Positions 21,341-23,911 of a stretch of 23,911 nt of DNA are shown piece after piece (position 1 is the first letter of the stretch; the number at the start of each line of letters is the position of its first letter). The notes under the pieces are model-generated. The model ran no database searches. It was not told where the DNA came from and was given only the letters and a program-made list of their open reading frames with translations. Source of the DNA: Terriglobia bacterium (GTDB lineage Bacteria; Acidobacteriota; Terriglobia; UBA7540); contig JBEKMN010000087.1 in NCBI GenBank assembly GCA_050008495.1, positions 1 through 23,911 of the forward strand, read 5' to 3'. Position numbers and translations under genes: made by a program.

Positions 21341-23512
21341 CTAGGGCTCCGCCTTCACCGTCATTCCGGTCTGCTGGGCCACGAACGCCCAGATGTCCGC
21401 AAGCTCAGCGATGCGGCGGTCGAGCGGCCGATACCCGTGGCTGCCCTGGGCTTCGATTCGAATAAGAACGGGCTTGTCGCAACCGGCAACAGCGCTTTGC
21501 ACACTTTGCAAGGTCGCGGCAAATTTGAAGGAATGGCTCGGCACGACGCGATCGTCATGGTCAGCCGTGGTGATCAGCGTGGCGGGGAAGCAGACGCCGC
21601 TCTTGATGTTTTGCAACGGCGAGTAGGCACGCAGATAGGCGAAGGCCTTGGGATCACTGGACTTTCCGTATTCGGTCGCCCAGGCCGCCCCGCCGGTGAA
21701 CTTGTCGTAGCGCAGCATGTCCATCACTCCCACTTGGGGTACTGCCGCGGCGAACAAATCCGGACGCTGAGTCATCGCCGCGCCAGCCAGAAGCCCGCCG
21801 TTCGAAGCACCGTTGATGGCCAGCTTCGCCTGCGAAGTGTACTTCTCGCGGATGAGGTATTCTGCGGCCGCGATAAGGTCATCGAAAACGTTCTGTTTCT
21901 TCTCGAATTGCCCAGCACGGTGCCAGGCCTCGCCGTATTCGCCGCCGCCCCGAATATTCGCGAGGGCGTAGACGCCTCCCTGCTCGACCCAGGCGATGAC
22001 ATCAGGACGGAAACCCGGCAACGACGAAATCGAGAATCCGCCGTAGGCGTAGAGCATCGTGGGATTCTCTCCGTTCTTTACCAAGTCTTTGCGGTGAGTG
22101 AGGAACAGCGGCACGCGCGTGCCGTCCTTGCTGTGATAAAACACCCGCTCGGTCACGAAGCCGGCAGGATCAAAGGTGAGCTTGGGCGGATCGAACGGCT
22201 GGCTCGTGTTCGCCTTGGCATCGTAGACATAGGCCGCGGTCGGGTGCAGCGGCGAAGTGAACGAATAAAGAATCTCCGGCCGGTCGAAGCGCCCCATCAA
22301 GCCCGAGGCCGATCCCAGCCCTGGCATCTTGACGTCGCGCACGAGTTTCCCGTCGACCGCATAAAGCCGTACTACCGAGGCAACGTCTTGCAGGGAGAGC
22401 AGCCCAAGCTGCCCCGCGACCAGTGACGCGTCCTCGATGGGCATAGTTCCTTCGGGGATTACCGTCGTCCAGTGCTCGGCCTCCGGCGTCGCAATCGGCG
22501 CGGCGATGATTTTGCGGTTCGGCGCATCTTTGTCGACAGTCATGAAGAGCTTGCCGTTCTCAACACCGAGCGGCCTGTAGTTCGCGTCCTGCCCTGTGAC
22601 TACAGGTCGAATCCGCGCCTGGACATTCGGATGCGTCGGGTCTCCGAGATCGGCAACGTACACTTCATTCTTGTCCGTGCCCCTGGTTGTCAGCACGAAC
22701 AAAAAGCGCCCCGTCTCGTCGACACCGCCAAAGACGAGCCACGACGGTTGGTCGGGCCGCTCATAGATTTTAATGTCGGCGGCCTGCTCAGTTCCGAGCT
22801 TGTGATAATAGAGGGTCTGGTGTTCAAGTTTGGCCTCGAGCTGCTTGCCTTGGGGCGGCTCGGGAAATCGCGAGTAGAAGAAACCCTGCCCGTCTTTCGT
22901 CCACGCCGCGCTGCTGAACTTGACCCACTTGATCATGTCCGAGGTGTTTTTGCCCGTCGCGAGATCGCGCGCGTAGATGGTGACCCAATCGGAGCCCCCT
23001 TCGCTCAGGCCGTACGTGTAGTGTTTACCGTCCGGAGAGGGCGTGAACTCGGAGAGCGCCGTCGAGCCGTCCGGTGACAACTGATTCGGATCGATGATCA
23101 TCTCTTCGGCGCCGGTGAGTGTGAGGCGTGAATACCAGACGTTCTGCTTCTGCAAGCCCGAATTCTTCGTGTACCACCAGCGCCCGCCTTCCCAGAAGGG
23201 CACGCTGGTGCGAGCATAGTTGTAAAGGGCAGTGATACGCTCCCGAAATGCATCGCGACCCGGCAGTGCGGCAAGGTAGGGCATGGTGACGGCATTTTCG
23301 GCTTTCACCCAATCCGCGACTTCCTTGCTGTCGAGGTCTTCGAGCCAGCGGTAGGGATCCAGAACTCTAACGCTCCCGTAGGTATCAACGGTGTCCACGG
23401 TGCGCGTGGGCGGATATTCAATGCGGGCCTGCTGTGAGAGAACTGTGCTCGCTATCAAACCTGCGGAGGCAAGAAGCAGGGAGAGCCGGACACGGCACAT
23501 AGATTCCTCCAT
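21341..23512 (-). CDS. Prolyl oligopeptidase (S9A family), secreted/periplasmic
   Basis: The N-terminal domain carries YPPTRTVDTVDTYGSVRVLDPYRWLEDLDSKEVADWVKAEN. A beta-propeller region follows, then the catalytic domain with INGASNGGLL (GxSxGG). The true start is probably the ATG at 23500 (MCRVRLSLLLASAGLIA), because the first three codons of the track ORF (ATGGAGGAA) form its Shine-Dalgarno. Confidence 0.92.
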   Translation of the reverse strand: MEESMCRVRLSLLLASAGLIASTVLSQQARIEYPPTRTVDTVDTYGSVRVLDPYRWLEDLDSKEVADWVKAENAVTMPYLAALPGRDAFRERITALYNYARTSVPFWEGGRWWYTKNSGLQKQNVWYSRLTLTGAEEMIIDPNQLSPDGSTALSEFTPSPDGKHYTYGLSEGGSDWVTIYARDLATGKNTSDMIKWVKFSSAAWTKDGQGFFYSRFPEPPQGKQLEAKLEHQTLYYHKLGTEQAADIKIYERPDQPSWLVFGGVDETGRFLFVLTTRGTDKNEVYVADLGDPTHPNVQARIRPVVTGQDANYRPLGVENGKLFMTVDKDAPNRKIIAAPIATPEAEHWTTVIPEGTMPIEDASLVAGQLGLLSLQDVASVVRLYAVDGKLVRDVKMPGLGSASGLMGRFDRPEILYSFTSPLHPTAAYVYDAKANTSQPFDPPKLTFDPAGFVTERVFYHSKDGTRVPLFLTHRKDLVKNGENPTMLYAYGGFSISSLPGFRPDVIAWVEQGGVYALANIRGGGEYGEAWHRAGQFEKKQNVFDDLIAAAEYLIREKYTSQAKLAINGASNGGLLAGAAMTQRPDLFAAAVPQVGVMDMLRYDKFTGGAAWATEYGKSSDPKAFAYLRAYSPLQNIKSGVCFPATLITTADHDDRVVPSHSFKFAATLQSVQSAVAGCDKPVLIRIEAQGSHGYRPLDRRIAELADIWAFVAQQTGMTVKAEP

Positions 23513-23759
23513 AACGTAGATGAACGGTCTTTGGTGCTGAGAGGAGAGTAGCTTCGGTTGCCGGCCAGTTTCGCATCCTCAACTTTGTACGCCAAATCGA
23601 TCCCTCGCCACCTGGATCTTCGAGAATGCGGGAGGGGGATACTGCTTAACCTTTCGTGAGCCGGCCCCCGAACCTTGGGTGCTGGAAATCCTCGTACTGC
23701 GATCATAGGCCGCGACCTCGGCCAAGTCAACGTTGGACGCGCTTTCTCAATACTACCGG

Positions 23760-23789
23760 AGGACACCGGTTCAAATCCGGCCGCCCCGA
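23760..23789 (+). other. tRNA-Pro-like 3' fragment (variable loop + T-arm + 3' acceptor strand) without a 5' half
   Basis: AGGAC-ACCGG-TTCAAAT-CCGGC-CGCCCCG-A matches the tRNA-Pro 3' layout (compare ...AGGTC GGAGG TTCAAAT CCTCT CGTGCCG A in E. coli proK). No complementary CGGGGCG, D-arm or anticodon arm can be folded in the 100 nt upstream. Confidence 0.45.
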
Positions 23790-23911
23790 GATAGCTGCTT
23801 TTTCTGCGGCCGCTAACAATCCTGCCGGCCTGAAGGTCGACGCTACGTCGAGCCCAGCACGGGCACGACGGCGGAGCGCACGGGGCGCGCGTCGTCGCTT
23901 AGGAGAAAGCG

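Noticed and set aside
23630-23911. tmRNA (one-piece or permuted) or a complete tRNA/tRNA-Sec around the T-arm-like sequence.
   Set aside because: No G3:U70 alanine identity pair and no encoded CCA. No plausible tag reading frame ends in ..LAA; the only frame ending at a nearby stop reads ..HGARVVA*. There is too little room (about 155 nt) for a one-piece tmRNA after the oligopeptidase start. No anticodon or D-arms can be folded for any tRNA type.

Overview
High-GC (about 60% by eye) bacterial chromosomal window. The phylum cannot be proven from sequence alone, but the domain content resembles a soil Acidobacteria- or Deltaproteobacteria-type genome. I support about 19 real coding genes, 2 decayed gene remnants and several non-coding repeat elements. 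No rRNA, intact tRNA, CRISPR array, transposase or integrase is visible.

Left half (271-9260, all minus strand):
- An AAA+ ATPase.
- A graveyard of two-component gene fragments.
- A tightly coupled signalling cluster: truncated receiver, CHASE3-PAS histidine kinase, RsbR(PAS-STAS), RsbS, RsbT, a fused RsbT-like/PP2C (RsbX-like) protein, a sensor-less coiled-coil histidine kinase and a CheY-like receiver. This is a stressosome module wired to a His-Asp output. No sigma-B-type partner-switching genes are present.
- Divergent from it (9653-12193, plus strand) is a REC-PAS-PAS-GGDEF-HD-GYP protein. Its cyclase, I-site and HD-GYP motifs all look intact.

Middle (12.3-16.6 kb), an accessory-looking patch:
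- A small secreted protein.
- A MITE-like palindromic element.
- A DUF433/DUF5615 (PIN-like) putative toxin-antitoxin pair.
- REP-like hairpins.
- A visibly AT-richer islet with a small ORF and a secreted trypsin-fold protease.
- A roughly 1.1 kb gene-free region. It holds a near-consensus sigma70-type promoter pointing into a tandem array of long imperfect palindromes, each followed by a conserved A-rich box. This is the least explained and most interesting structure in the window.

Right part (all minus strand):
- A signal-peptide-bearing SAM-methyltransferase-fold protein.
- A small membrane protein.
- A GH36-like alpha-galactosidase.
- A prolyl oligopeptidase.
- A tRNA-Pro-like 3' fragment with no 5' half (plus strand).

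Most long ORFs antisense to these genes are high-GC shadow ORFs.
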